A stretch of DNA of 64,000 nt from Lama glama (GCA_028534125.1 CM052832.1:11966001-12030000), one strand, 5' to 3'. Counted from the stretch's first letter, positions 27,415 to 40,719 are shown. Notes: a model not told the origin generated them from the sequence alone. Made by a program: numbers and translations.

Positions 27415-27599
27415 NNNNNNNNNNNNNNNNNNNNNNNNNNNNNNNNNNNNNNNNNNNNNNNNNNNNNNNNNNNNNNNNNNNNNNNNNNNNNNNNNNNNNN
27501 NNNNNNNNNNNNNNNNNNNNNNNNNNNNNNNTTTATTGTGGAAAAGAAACGTTTTCCTGCCCACAGGGTAATTTTAGCAGCAAGGTGCCAGTATTTTCG
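27415..27599 (+). CDS. BTBD9: BTBD9 coding exon 2 (exon 27388-27599; ATG inferred inside the N run); start of BTB/POZ domain
   Basis: Acceptor caatag|ATCTGCGACTAT at 27388. Visible frame reads FIVEKKRFPAHRVILAARCQYFR. Donor CG|GTAAGT at 27599/27600. The 212-nt exon matches the human size as recalled, placing the ATG at 27415 and F40 at 27532. Confidence 0.93.
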
Positions 27600-29899
27600 G
27601 TAAGTGTATACTTTTTGAAGATTCAAGTCACTTGTAGAAAACACTGGTATTTTCCACTCTGTGAAGAATATGAAACCATACAAAGCATACAGATAAATTC
27701 TAGCAGTCCTTCAATTCAACATCTGTAAGCATTTCATCTTTGTCGACTTTTTTTTTTTAACCACCTTTTTCTTTTAGGAGCCGTCTTAGAACCATAGGAA
27801 TAAAAGGCTTCTTAGGCTAGACTGTACCCAATCAACCACTGTTCAAGGCCTCAACAATATTTCTCAGGCTGAGTCTTTGTTGCCCTTATCTTCTCCTCAC
27901 AGTTGATGGCTAATAAGCCTCTTATATTGATAGACTGACTTCTGGGCTTGCCAATGGACGTGTATTCCTCGTAGTTTCAGACTCCTAAGGTCCAGGACTT
28001 GCAGGTAGCCCGACAGACCTATCTCTAAGACATGCAGTTTGACAACCTCCAATTAAAGGAAACTTAAGTATTTATTGAGACTAAGTTTCATAGTTATATT
28101 AGAACTAAAACTAAACAGGTATTTAATTAATGTAAAAATTCTGCATATACATAGCTGTTGTCTGTTACTTAGACCCTTAATTTCCAGGATTATAAATGTT
28201 AAACTGAGGTCTAATTACTCTGCATTTTACCTAATGTTAGCTAAAATAGAATTTTCACTGAATTATTGATTCAGTGATCATTTATCCTGTATAAACCCAT
28301 ATAGTCCATAGAGTCCTTATCTGTAAAATCATGGATTTGCCTGTGAAACTTGATATCTAAAAATTGAGGTGACAAAGGCTTAGAGAAAATTTCAGTTACC
28401 TTCTAGTGAAAACTGCAGTCTGATTTTTACCATCAGAATTAACTGAGACAGCAAAACCAGTACCTAGAGTCACATACATTATAGTATAGTGTATTTCTTG
28501 AAAATATTTACTATTTAGCTAGAACTCTTATAGTACTTTGTAAACATTTTTGGAGTGTTCCATCTCCATATAAAATGCCACTGTAGATGCAGCCAGGAGC
28601 TTAGAAAAGAGAGGAGTCTATTAACAGTTCTAGTTAACACGCTCCTATCAAGGCAAGGCAGCTGGCCTTGGTATAGTCATGATTTTTTACCAGCCTCTGT
28701 CCTCTGCACACTTTTGTGTTCCTTTCCCTTTTCTTTCTTCCACTCAATCTATTCTTTGTTAAGTTAGAACTTTTCAGCCTTATGCTTAATATTTGTTAAT
28801 ATTATATACCTTCCTGCTTTCAAAAACAATTTGAGACAACTGTATTTGGGTATCTTTTAGGTGATCAGTATATTCTTAAACAGACCCAAGTACTTTTAGA
28901 AGTTTGAAGGTCATATTAAGTGAATGGAATATACTCCCCTCACTTATTATTGACCTTGTTCTTGATGTCTCTTCCTGGGTATTGAACCTTTATAATATCT
29001 GATGGCTCACTAGGCTGAACTCAGAGTCATTGTCAGTGCTTACTGATTCTCATTGCTGACACTGTTTATGTGCAAAGGAAAGTTAACTGTCAGTAGTCAG
29101 GAGAGACCTTAACAAGTATTGTCACAGAACCTATCAATTTCCAGAGAAGGATAAACCAACTGTACAGGAGAGAACCTCCCACAAGTTGAGGGTTCATAGT
29201 TAGAGTTCCAAGGAGTCCTCATCCAAACCGCTTTTAAAGTGTTGAGAATCCAAGTAAGTACCATAGATTACACTGGAGTGGAAATAGGTCTTGGCAAGAT
29301 CTCCCCAGGAAGGTGTTTGTTAGTCTAGTAACTTTAAGATCATGGTTGGATGCCCTCTGGATTAATGGAAACCTTCACAGTTGTTTTTAGGCAGAGTATA
29401 ACCCAGTGAAGAGGTATGCTCAGAATATTCGTGAATCTTTTCCTGGGTAGTTTCAGCTATTTCCGTGAAGCAAGCAGGAATGTCCTGTCTTGGAGGAGGG
29501 TAGAAAGCGTTCTAGGCAAGCGCGGACGGAAACTTTGAAATGCTAGTCCTGCTCTGAGAATCTTAGAAGCAGGGGAATTTCTTTTTGCCCCCTTATTCTC
29601 TTGCTGTCACTTTTACATGTTTTCTTTCTCACTTGTTACTCTTCCTTTCTGCATGGCTCCCTTCTCCTCCCCTGACCACCCGTTTTCTCCTGATGGTTGG
29701 AAACTTTAACTGGCTCATACAATTTCTCCTAGAGTAATAGAGGTAGATATTCAAATTCATTACCTGGCTGGATTACTTGTCTAGTTTTCACTTTTTAGAT
29801 GAGCACATAAGCAATAATGTGGGGATTTTTTTTAATCTGAAAAATACTGAAAGACAAAATTAAAAAGTCAAGTCATCCATAATCCCATCATCAATTTCA

Positions 29900-30600
29900 T
29901 TTTTAATTTATAAAGTAGCAAATGAAGATCCTTTCCTCCCAGCCATCTAATCCTACTCCCTAGGGACAAGCACTGTTAATAGTTTAATATGAATTTCCCT
30001 CAATTTTTCTCAGTATAAGTAGATACATCTGTATATACCTATGTGCATACAAATATAGTTATGTGGTATACACTTTTTCCCATGCAACACATATAGATCT
30101 GCAACCTGACTTACCTACTGTATCCTAGACATCTTTCCAAGACAGTATATATTGATCTCCCTTGGTCTTTCTAAAGGCTGCACAGAATGTGTGTATTACA
30201 GTTTTTCCAACCATGTTCCTATTGATGGACACTGAAGATTTTTTCTGTTGTTTCAATACATCTTCTTATACATTTATCTTTACCTTGCTGTATTATTGAG
30301 TCCTAAAAGTGAGATTACTGAGTTGAAGGGTATGCACAGTTTAAATGTGAATAGATATTACTTAAATTACTTTCTGAAAAGGGGTACCCCTTCATACTCT
30401 CAAAGCAGTGCATGAGAGAACCTGTTTTTCCATTGCTTTTGTAGCATGAATATTAACAAGCTTTTTAATTTCTGCCAGTCTGACAGGGGAGAATGGCACC
30501 TGGTTGGTTTAATATTTTTATCTGATTATGTCATTTCCTATAGAGCTTTACTTTTTAAACTACCTTCTTGACCTTTAACAAGTTTTTATTGATTTCCGTA
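29900..30600 (-). mobile_element. Old L1 (L1ME-like) 3' fragment
   Basis: cctattgatggacac, cctaaaagtgagattactgagttgaagggtatgcac, tctgccagtctgacagg. Confidence 0.65.
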
Positions 30601-30881
30601 TTCCTTTCAAAAAAGCACTTTCATCTTTCTATTTAATGAATATTATATATCTTGAGCTCTTAGGGTATTTCATTAGTTCAGTTGTTTGTAGAATTAAATC
30701 AAAGTAGTTTTTCTTTTCCTTTCTTTAGAGAACTATTTAAAATGATTACTATGCGTTTCTTCACCTGAATCTTTGTGTCATTAAACAAATTTGTTTTTAT
30801 AATGTTGTTAACTGTTATTTCATAATTTTGTAGCAAATCCTGTTTGAAGTTTTCCTCATGGGTTTCTTCTCTGATGTGCAG

Positions 30882-31245
30882 AGCATTACTGTATGGTGGA
30901 ATGCGAGAGTCTCAGCCTGAAGCCGAAATCCCTCTCCAAGATACCACTGCAGAAGCGTTCACAATGCTACTTAAATACATCTACACTNNNNNNNNNNNNN
31001 NNNNNNNNNNNNNNNNNNNNNNNNNNNNNNNNNNNNNNNNNNNNNNNNNNNNNNNNNNNNNNNNNNNNNNNNNNNNNNNNNNNNNNNNNNNNNNNNNNNN
31101 NNNNNNNNNNNNNNNNNNNNNNNNNNNNNNNNNNNNNNNNNNNNNNNNNNNNNNNNNNNNNNNNNNNNNNNNNNNNNNNNNNNTGTTTATGGACAGAAAT
31201 GCTCAGGAGGTGCTTTCAAGTGAAGGCTTCCTCTCCCTTTCCAAG
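30882..31245 (+). CDS. BTBD9: BTBD9 coding exon 3 (BTB domain and start of BACK domain; partly masked)
   Basis: gtgcag|A GCA TTA: ALLYGGMRESQPEAEIPLQDTTAEAFTMLLKYIYT...FMDRNAQEVLSSEGFLSLSK. Donor AAG|GTGTGT. 364 nt, with frame kept across the N run. Confidence 0.97.
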
Positions 31246-32328
31246 GTGTGTCATTTCTTACAAGTAATTTACTGGCATGCATTGTTTTATTTATAGCTGT
31301 ACAGTAGAAATATAGCAGTGGACTAAGAATAAAAAAATAAAAACCATTGGTGTGGAAGAGGTTGTCTGGCCAGTCACCTGCCTCTGGCTACTGAGACTGT
31401 AGATTATATAAAAGGGAGGTAGATTTCTGCTGTTTTCTTTTAAGGGCCTTCTGGTAAGTTCTATGTGCAAAAGAGACTGTGCTGCTGGGTGATTGTTTTC
31501 AATGTGATGACAGTCAAATAGTCTTTTTTGTGGTGCTGCATACTACTTTTAGTTTTGTGTTTCCCTGACAGTGCAACTAGTAATTCATTATTACAAGAAG
31601 GAAAATTCGTAAAGGAGATCTGATGTCTCATTGGATGTCTTTAAGTCACTGCTTTTTTTTTTTGGCTCAAAATTCACTATTGTACAATATTTTATACCAT
31701 ATAGTAGCTAGAATAAAACTATTTTTCTCAAATCTTTTTCTGAACCCTAGTAGTTATCTTTCCTTTCTCTTTCTGTGTCCCTCCTAGAACCTGAATATTT
31801 CAAATGAGAAAAACCTATTTGAAAAGCTACACAACTTGATTTGAGTGTAAACTACGATTTTTATTATCCTACTGAATTTTTAGAGGCAAGGATCTTAGAG
31901 GGTTGCCCCAGTGTTGCTGGAGATCAGTTTAGAAACCCAAGAACCAAACATTTGGTGGTGCAGTATTAGTGGGGAAAGAAAGATTTTGAATTTTAAATGT
32001 GAGTTGTGTCTTAGTGATTTGTAAGTGTAAACTCTTCTGAAGAAGCTTTACGGAATGACGGCTCCTCACATTGCCATTTTCTTGTTATTTTATTAAGGAT
32101 GGGTGGAGATGTACTAGAAAGACTAGGTACAAGATGCCTACAGCTGTTCACACAGCCATAATGGGCAAGAGAGTATATGGCACAAAGAACAAGGAAAGAA
32201 GATGATCAAGAGGAGTTAATTGGTTAAATATAAGTGATACTTGCAGTTCTGTAAAGTTTCACTGATTATTCATGAACATGGTTGAGCTACATAATAACTG
32301 GAACTTTTTTCTTTTTTATCCTTTTCAG

Positions 32329-32593
32329 ACAGCACTTTTAAACATCGTATTAAGAGATTCATTTGCAGCTCCTGAAAAAGATATTTTCCTAGCCTTGTTA
32401 AACTGGTGTAAGCACAATTCAAAGGAGAATCATGCTGAAATCATGCAGGCTGTGCGTTTGCCTCTAATGAGCCTCACTGAACTTCTGAATGTTGTGAGGC
32501 CTTCAGGCCTGTTGTCTCCTGATGCCATTCTGGATGCTATTAAAGTTCGATCAGAGAGCCGGGATATGGACCTCAATTATAGAGGCATGCTCA
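32329..32593 (+). CDS. BTBD9: BTBD9 coding exon 4 (BACK domain)
   Basis: ttttcag|ACA: TALLNIVLRDSFAAPEKDIFLALLNWCKHNSKENHAEIMQAVRLPLMSLTELLNVVRPSGLLSPDAILDAIKVRSESRDMDLNYRGML. Donor A|GTAAGT. 265 nt, ends in phase 1. Confidence 0.98.
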
Positions 32594-33129
32594 GTAAGTA
32601 CCTGTTTATGCTGATCTCACCAAAAAGTTTTGTTTGCATCTTATGACAGTGTCAGCTACAAAACTCTAGTCCGGGTGTACATGGTATATGTGAGTCCAAG
32701 AACAGATAGCTCTGCTTCCTGTGGAATCCCTTTCCCTGTCCTTCCCTTCTTAATTCCTCCGGAGACTGCTTAGCCTTTGTAGACCCAAAAATAGATACTC
32801 CTTGCTATTCCTGGACAACTTTCTCCAACTGCTCCCTGGAATGTCAGAAATTAGATACTTTCCTGAGAAGTTTCTTCTCACATTAAGACTTTTCCTTCCT
32901 CCTTCCATCAAATCAGTACTGAGTACATGCTATGTACTTATTATTATTTTAGGTACCATGAACATGGAGCTTCTAAATAAGAACAATAATAGCTGACACT
33001 TACATAGCATTTCTAATACTTACATGGTGTTTTTCTTATTAATAAAAATAACAGCAGTGAATACTTATGATATGTATACTTATCGATACATATAAGCATA
33101 TGAATCAGTAACAGTCCTATATGGGCATT

Positions 33130-33240
33130 TAATTCTCCCAGCTACCCTCTGAAACAACAACCCATTATTGGCTCCATTTTACATATGAGGAAAGTGAAGC
33201 ACAGACAGGTTAAGTAACTTGCCCAAGGTCACACAGATGT
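33130..33240 (-). mobile_element. MIR SINE core
   Basis: ccattttacatatgaggaaagtgaagcacagacaggttaagtaacttgcccaaggtcacacag. Confidence 0.85.
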
Positions 33241-34029
33241 GGAGCTGAGTAATTAACCACTAAACTATGCTGCAAAAGTGTAAAATATAGTCTTTGTCTT
33301 TGACCCTTTTAATTTCATTGTGGAGATAAAGTATACTCCCATGAAAAGTTAAACACAACAATATTCAAGTTGAGTACATGCTGTGAACTTCAGAAGAGAG
33401 TGTGGCTTGGAATGACTGAGGGAGAAGGAAATGTGTGTCTTAGAATTAATGAAATATGGTAGTTCTTAGAAGAAGATGCTGAACTTGTTCTTAGGCTTAT
33501 TGAGTTTGAGGGTTTTTGGGACGTCTAAATTCTAAGTTCTGTCTCATGTTAGTCATTTCCCTGAGTGGTCTTTTCCTTGACCATGGCTTCAGACACTTTC
33601 TAAATACTGATTGATCTTAAATAGATGTCCTCAGCACTGGACTTCTCTCCTGACTCATCAGATTTACATTTCTTTTCATTGGGCATAGAAGAAAAAGCAT
33701 AGGTTTTAGAGTCAAATTTGACTTCAAGTTCTGAATTAGTCATTTACTAGTTGTATGACCTGGTATTAAATTATATAAGGAATTTTACTTTAGTTTGATA
33801 TCTCTGTGTGTTGTTACGAGGATTAAATAATGTGTGCAAATAATGTGTGTAAGCTCAGTACTGTAGGAAGCCATTGTTTTTTGTGTTCTTCCTCATCTCT
33901 GTGTGTCTGTGTAGGAATTATCACATTGATCATGTTGTTCAAACATTTTTATTGTCTTTGGTCCTTGAAGGCACACTGATCTTTGTATCTTCAACATTTA
34001 ACACACTGAATAACATTTAGCAGCCACTT

Positions 34030-34600
34030 GGTGAGTTAATGCAAGGAGAAGTGTCTAAAGGCAGTGGAAGTATATTACTGGTATTTAGGAAGCAGTCAAA
34101 GCTGGGAACAAAAGAGGTGGAACCTGGGCTGGAGTATAGAGAAAGAAGTGAAAATCAAAGTCTGAGGATGCTGAAGATAGAGAAGGAAGAATTAGAGAGG
34201 TAGGAAGAAAACTGGGATAGGGCTATAGAAGCCAACAGAGGAGAGAGTGTTTATATGGAGAAGGGTGGTCACTGGTATCTAGTGATGCTGAGAGGGCAAG
34301 AAGAATGAGAATTGAGAGAAAACTTTTGGATATAAATTGTGGTGAGTTAGTTAATAGTCTAGACAGAAGCTTGACTAAGCAGGGAATTAGGCCATGGGTT
34401 TGAAAAAATAGTAAATACAATAGGTTGATCATCTGATATGTGAATTGGAGTAAAGGTGGTAGAAAACTAGTATGGTAGCTAGAGGAAACAGATTGGGAGA
34501 GGTCTGGGAAGAGATTAGAGGTGCTAGAGAGTGGTACTAATTGAAGGTCAGCCTTAAATAAAGTGTGGGAGGATGCAGAAGGGAGAAGTAACAAGATGAG
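34030..34600 (-). mobile_element. L2 fragment
   Basis: agaagccaacagaggagagagtgttt...gatgctgagagggcaagaagaatgagaattgag. Confidence 0.6.
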
Positions 34601-35964
34601 TAGTATAGTTTTAATCTTTGTAAATCTTCATTGCTGGATCCTTTCTTATATAAGCTCCTTTTCCCACTCTTGCCCTACTTTTGATTCAAAGTGTTGGTAG
34701 GGCCCCAGGACTGGTTTCACTGTTGTGATAGGCTTGGGACATTGCTGTAGCAGTGAGGAGATGCTTTGGACATATGATATAGTTAACTGGTAGCTAGGAA
34801 TTGATCAGCTGGTCGTATAGTATAGGTGTCAAATGTGGGTTCTAATAGACCGATGAAATGACTGTGAAAGGGAGTAATCAAGGAGAGGTGTACTCAGTTC
34901 CATAATGATGTACTTACTGTAATTACTGCTCACAGATGTTAACTTCTTCACTTTGGAGTAATTCAGTGGGAGTTCAGGTAGATCAAAGAAGAGATTATGC
35001 ATGTTTGGGAATTTTTTATCTAACTTCTAAACTTGAGAAATGATTAAGTAGCAGACTTTTTCTGACGTTTGAATTATATGAATAGTAAATCAATAATAGA
35101 AATACTAAGGAAGCATATTACTTTCCTCTCAGACCCTACAAAATAGATTATTTGCTAAGTAAATGTTACCCAAACATTCATACCATTTTTTAAAAAGAAT
35201 CAAATTTCTTCACTGTTAAGGAAAAAGGGGTCTAAAATTTGAGAACTGTCCCTGAGCTGATGATCTGGAAAGATAGTTCTGTTTATTTAGAAATTATTGA
35301 TCAAATTTGTTTGTTTCTTTGTTCATCTCTGGGAGTGGTTCTGAGTCTTTGGGGACTTTTCATGAAATGTAGAGAGGTTCTATCTTGGGACTAGGGATTA
35401 GTATCTGGGGTCACAAATACTAATTATTTTTCTTTCAGTTTATTAATAGTAGTTACTGGAAGGTTTAATTATTGGAGCTGTATATCCTGAGGCTTTTTAA
35501 GCAAATTATAGTGATTCCCCTCCCTCTCCCAAAAAAAAGAGGATCCAAAGGATGTTTTTAACTTACCAGTGGTGGTTAGTCTTTTTGAGAATGTTGTTTA
35601 TATATAGTTTTGTACATTTATAATGATGAGCATTTGTCTATATGCCCAGGGAAAGGGAATTATTCTTTTAATGAAATTTTTTTTCCTTAGCATATTTGAA
35701 CTACTTGTATTCAGACCATTCCTTAATATTTAGTTTTGTCTTAGCTGTAGAGCTATTTCTGCCTTGAAGGTTAGTGCTTTTCTATTCAAGCTGAGTTACA
35801 GTTTGTATTGTGTATCTCAGATTTTAGACTTTGGGAAAGAGTATAGTAATTTCTTGTTTCTTCATGTTTTATACCAGGTAGCACATCACAACTTCCATCC
35901 TCAAGATTTCTTTATTGGCTCAAAGTTGATCTATTTCTAGGCTTGTTAAGTTACTGGTTGCGGG

Positions 35965-35982
35965 GTGTGTGTGTGTGTGTGT
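35965..35982. repeat. (GT)9 microsatellite
   Basis: Read directly from the sequence. Confidence 0.9.
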
Positions 35983-38354
35983 AAATCTGTGCTATAGGTA
36001 TTTGGTACCATGTCTATTCCTGTAGTTTCCAATAACTAGGCCTGGGGTCTTGCCCCTGTGACATAATTGTTGCTTACACTCCTACTTGAACTGAGCTTCT
36101 TAAGGACTGTAATTAAGTCTTCTCCCCTGTGTTTTTCCAGCGCCTAGCACAGTACCTGAATCTAGACTTTTCCAAATAAGTGAGTTACTGAATGAATCTA
36201 TCCCTTGCTTCTAAACTAGAATTTAAAATTTGTCTTACTTAACACATAAAGAGAGTACTAACAACAATGAACCTTTAATACTTTTAAAATTCTTTGACTT
36301 CTATTAGTATTCTGTCTTCCCAACTGTAATTTTCAGTATCTTTATCTGTAAACTAGGGGATTCACAAGTCATCTCTACTGAAGATACCTCCATGGAGGCG
36401 TTTTGTGTCTGATATGCACTCTTGTCTCCATCAGACGGTGAGCTGCTGGAGGGCCAAGCCCAGCACACTGAATAAGCACACCAAAGACAGCTTAGGATTT
36501 TTTTTTCTTTGAATAAGTAAGATGAAGATCCCTTTCCGCTCTTACATGTCTTCATTCTGTGATCTGTATAAGTAACTTGCTTAGAGTTAGAGGGAAATCG
36601 ATGCTGAGCTGGAACTTTAGTTCCAGCTGATCTGACTCTGGAGGCCAGTGCTTGTTGATAGAGTTTCCTGCCTGGGCTGTTTTCTATTTCTGTTTTGTGG
36701 TGTGTTTGAGTACCAGCACTGTCAGATGTGGAAGGGAGACCTGCAGAGAGTGGAGATAACAGGGGAGGTTGAGGCAAGACAGGAGTGGTCAAGTCATGTG
36801 TACTGCCTCACTTGTTGACAGGAAGGGTCCACACTCTTCAAGGAAGTCAGGTTGGGGAGTAGAAGATGATTTAGGGAACAGAATTAGGTAAAGAGATTGC
36901 AGAGGACAGAGAACTAAGTGTGGATCCAAATGGTTAACAGCCATCTCAGCCTGGGTGTAATAGGGGGTTCAATAAAGAATGGTTAAGAACATAAAGCAAC
37001 TAAAGAAAAACACAAGATAGTTAACCCAGCACCACTCAGATTTTGGACCTGTGTAGCTAGGGACAGGTCCTGCTCCATTTCTCCTTAGTTTTTCTTTCTA
37101 ATAATTGGCTTTTTTCTGCCTAGATATGGAACTTCAAAGCTTGATTTTCCTTTCTTAATGTTTGTAAAATGCATCAAAAATTACAAATATAAAGAAAACT
37201 ATTGCTGTCTACTGTCTTGTTTAATCCCTACCACCCTATGTATTTTGAGAGCTCTTCTATCTATGGATAGACAAATAAAGGCAGTATGAATATTTAAGGC
37301 TTGAATGATTTTATTATGACTTGAATTTTCTCATGATTACTTTCCCTCTTAAATTCATCATTTAACTACAGATTTTGAAAAAAAAATTGGAGTTGTATTT
37401 TTATCCTGTGAGATACTCAAATTACAGTTACTATGAGAGAATTTCTACTTGTATAAATGTTCTCCGTTTTGATTGAAAGACACACTCAGGGAATCTATAT
37501 CAAGAAGTTTGATAAGTTCTCAAGTCCTCTTGAGATAAACTTCAAAAGAATTCTTAGAATTGTGGTAGAAATTTCATTTCCATTTTAGACTTTTAGCTAC
37601 AGCCACTTGAAACTCTTGTGCCTAGTATGTTATTCCTCTCTTGATAAATTTTAGAGGTGAAGAGGCTTATGTTAGAGAAAATCAAAGAATAACAGCAATC
37701 TCTAAGTCTGAAAGCTTAGATGCCCCCTCATTTTGCATGGTCTTGACTAGTGCTGTCAGATCCCGAGGAGTTAGTTCCGGTGGTCAGCAGCTGCAGACTT
37801 CGGGCATCCATACTCTGTTCAGCAGTACGGGAACAAATGTTTGTTTTTACCAAGTGCTGACATATCATTAATCCCTGAAAAGCACAAATTTGAAACTTTT
37901 ATTTGCTTGCTTTATAAAATACTTCGTCTCTAGATCAGAGGCATCAGAAGGGCAGGGCCTGTCTGTGTAGTTCACTGAGGTATTCCCAGTGCCTCACATG
38001 GTGCCTGGTACAGAATGAGTCCTCAGTAAATGGTTTTTTGACTAATTGAATGCTTATACTTACAGTACTTTAGCGTATATTATTTGTAGTATAAATAATA
38101 CAGTAGCTCTATGGGTGGGTTGGGTAAAATATTCTTTTTAGAGGAGAAAACAGATTCAGAGAGACTAAGAGGCCTCATTCAAGGGTAGTGGGTGATAGAG
38201 CTTGAGTCTCAAGCTTAGGTTTCTCATTTTAAGTCCAACTTTTTTTTAAACTTTTTTATATCAGACTGTTTCTTTCCTTTGGGTCTAAGTAGCCTTAGAA
38301 GGAAGGGGCTAGTATGAGAAGTCAAGTGTGGTCTTCCCATCAGAAACCCTTCAT

Positions 38355-38545
38355 GAGGGAGGTAGCAGAGCAGGGCCCCTAGAGACAAACTGCCTGGGTT
38401 CTGAGAGCACCTCTGCTTCTTGCTGGCTGTATGACCTTGGGCAGCAAAGTCCATTTAACCTTTCTGTGTCCCGACTTCCCCATCAGTGAAATGGATGCAT
38501 AGTAGTACTACACTCAAGGGATTATTGTGAGTAAGTCAAAGAAAT
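38355..38545 (+). mobile_element. MIR SINE
   Basis: actgcctgggttc...ctgtatgaccttgggca...ttaacctttctgtgtc...ggattattgtgag. Confidence 0.75.
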
Positions 38546-39450
38546 TAATAAAGTGTGTTAAATAAATGAAAAGTAAATATGAAAAATATGTATGATTTCC
38601 ATGAACTTATACAACTTAGGAAGTTATAAATCTGTAGCACTTAAGCTTCTGGTGATGAGAAGTTGATTATGACCAGATTTTCGTTTGATTTGGTTTGGTT
38701 TCTGAGCTGCTTTAGTCTTTTAAAGGTTAACTAAACCTTCCCTAGCCCCTATTTTTCAGCTGCATTTATTATTGTCAGCTGGAGCTACTCTCCTTACCTG
38801 TCTTCATTTGAAAAAAAGATTTAAACCCACATTTTCCAAGAAATCTGCTATGATGAATTACTCACTCCTTTTCCCTCAGAGCCTCATTATAGCTCACACT
38901 TTCCCCTATTCAGATCACACAGCCAAGATGTATATGTACTGTGAGAATTCAGCATTTATTTACAGTCTGTAAACTTGCTTAGTTATCTTATTGTGTGCTA
39001 TTTTTGTATGTTTCATTATAGTAATGGCAATCTTTTTTAGAGCTTATTCTGTGCTTTGTAAACATCATCTCATTTAATCCTTAAAACGAATAAACAAAAT
39101 ACCTGAGGGGTAGACATTGCCCTGTTGAGAAACTGAAGTTCGGAGAAGGTGGCGTCCCCAAAGTGATACACCTGGCTTAAGGTGGTGCCATTATTTAAAC
39201 TCTGACTTTGAAGCTCAGCCTCGTAACATCTACTTTATGCGGCCTCTTGTCTCTCCATGGAGAGAGTGTCGATTTTAGAATGTTAGAACCTGGAAGACAG
39301 GTTCCAGACCTGGGAAGCAAAATTTCCATAGAGGACTCCAGAATCCCAGGAACCACTAATTCTTAATAAATTCTTAATAAATCTTGGAGAAGGGAGGGGG
39401 TTTAATTATAACCATAATATTGATTTTGATGAGAGACTGTCTGAATTTTT

Positions 39451-39541
39451 TTCTTTTTTTTCTTAATGGAAATACTGGAATTCAACCCAAGAACTTTGTG
39501 CATGCTAAGCATGTGCTCTACCACTGAGCTATACCCACCTC
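39451..39541 (-). mobile_element. Camelid tRNA-derived SINE (vic-1 type)
   Basis: Minus strand reads GGGTATAGCTCAGTGGTAGAGCACATGCTTAGCATGCACAAAGTTCTTGGGTTGAATTCCAGTATTTCCATTAAG plus an A-rich tail, with A and B boxes. TSD ctgaattttt at 39441-39450 and 39542-39551. Confidence 0.88.
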
Positions 39542-40113
39542 CTGAATTTTTATTTTAAAAAATACTCCAGTAAAGTAAAAAATATGTCTTCTTTCAAACA
39601 TTCTTGTTTTTTAACTAGATTAATTGATTCAGCATGTCCATGTATGACCAACAGCTCTGCTGTATTGGAACCTTTTTCTTTCTGTTGTTTTATCAGATGT
39701 CCGACATGTCTGCTTTGCTTTATATTTTGTGCTCAGTCCAGATGGCAGGTACAGGTCATTTTCATGCTGTTTTGTATAGTAGATATTAAATTAAAGCTAC
39801 TAATACTATGAACTCAGCAGAGCTGATTTGTTTGCCCTAGTACGTGCTTTTTCTGGTGTTAACAGCTTTTTCTTAGTAACATTAGTCCCAGGCACTTTGT
39901 GGCTGTGATGGTGTCATTAAATTTAAACTGTGATGGTATCTTAATCCTCACAGACATTCTTTATTTCCTTTCTCCATAGACTTGTCTCTGCCATTTTAAA
40001 AATAAATACATATACTGGAATCAACTGGAATGCTAAAATTTTATCTTTTTCACCCAAATATGGAAAATTTAGTAAGTAACCATTAACCTTGCTTTTTCTA
40101 TTTTTAACTATAG

Positions 40114-40333
40114 TACCAGAAGAAAACATTGCAACTATGAAGTATGGAGCCCAGGTGGTAAAAGGGGAGCTGAAGTCTGCCTTATTAGATGGTGACACTC
40201 AAAATTATGATTTGGATCATGGATTTTCTAGGCACCCAATTGATGATGACTGCCGTTCTGGCATTGAGATTAAGCTAGGTCAGCCGTCCATTATTAATCA
40301 TATACGGATCCTCCTGTGGGACCGAGATAGCCG
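40114..40333 (+). CDS. BTBD9: BTBD9 coding exon 5 (first F5/8 type C / discoidin-like domain)
   Basis: ctatag|TA CCA: (I)PEENIATMKYGAQVVKGELKSALLDGDTQNYDLDHGFSRHPIDDDCRSGIEIKLGQPSIINHIRILLWDRDSR. Donor CG|GTGAGT. 220 nt; phase fits exon 4. Confidence 0.98.
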
Positions 40334-40719
40334 GTGAGTCATTAGCATGACTTGGAGAGAAACTGACGTGTTTGATTGAGATGGCCTAACTTTGTGGTCA
40401 TCTGCTTCGGTTTTAAAAGTTTGATAGTTTATATCTTTGCTATCAGTTATTTCTCTTGAAGTTTAATTTTTGGGAAAAAGTTAAAAGATGTATTCCTTAA
40501 ACTTTTTTTGATTTTTTTCTACTTAATAAAGTAGTGAATATGCGTTTATTGTGGAAAACATTGAAAGTACAAAAGCACAAAGAAGAAAATAAAAATTGCT
40601 AGTAATCTCACTGCCTATTATTAATTTTTGTATATATCTAACCAGTGTTTTTTTGTTAGGCATAGTCACACACACAGACACACACACCCCCCAAAAACTT
40701 GTAAAACCACACATAGTTT

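Noticed and set aside
36304-36792. 162-aa minus-strand ORF
   Set aside because: TTG start, no recognisable domain, no splice or promoter support; chance length in 64 kb.
39451-39541. Possible tRNA-Ala gene
   Set aside because: Degenerate stems, an A-rich tail and a TSD show it is a SINE.
40331-40337. Stop codons immediately after exon 2 (CGG TAA) and exon 5 (CGG TGA)
   Set aside because: A trivial result of phase-2 GTAA/GTGA donors, not nonsense mutations.
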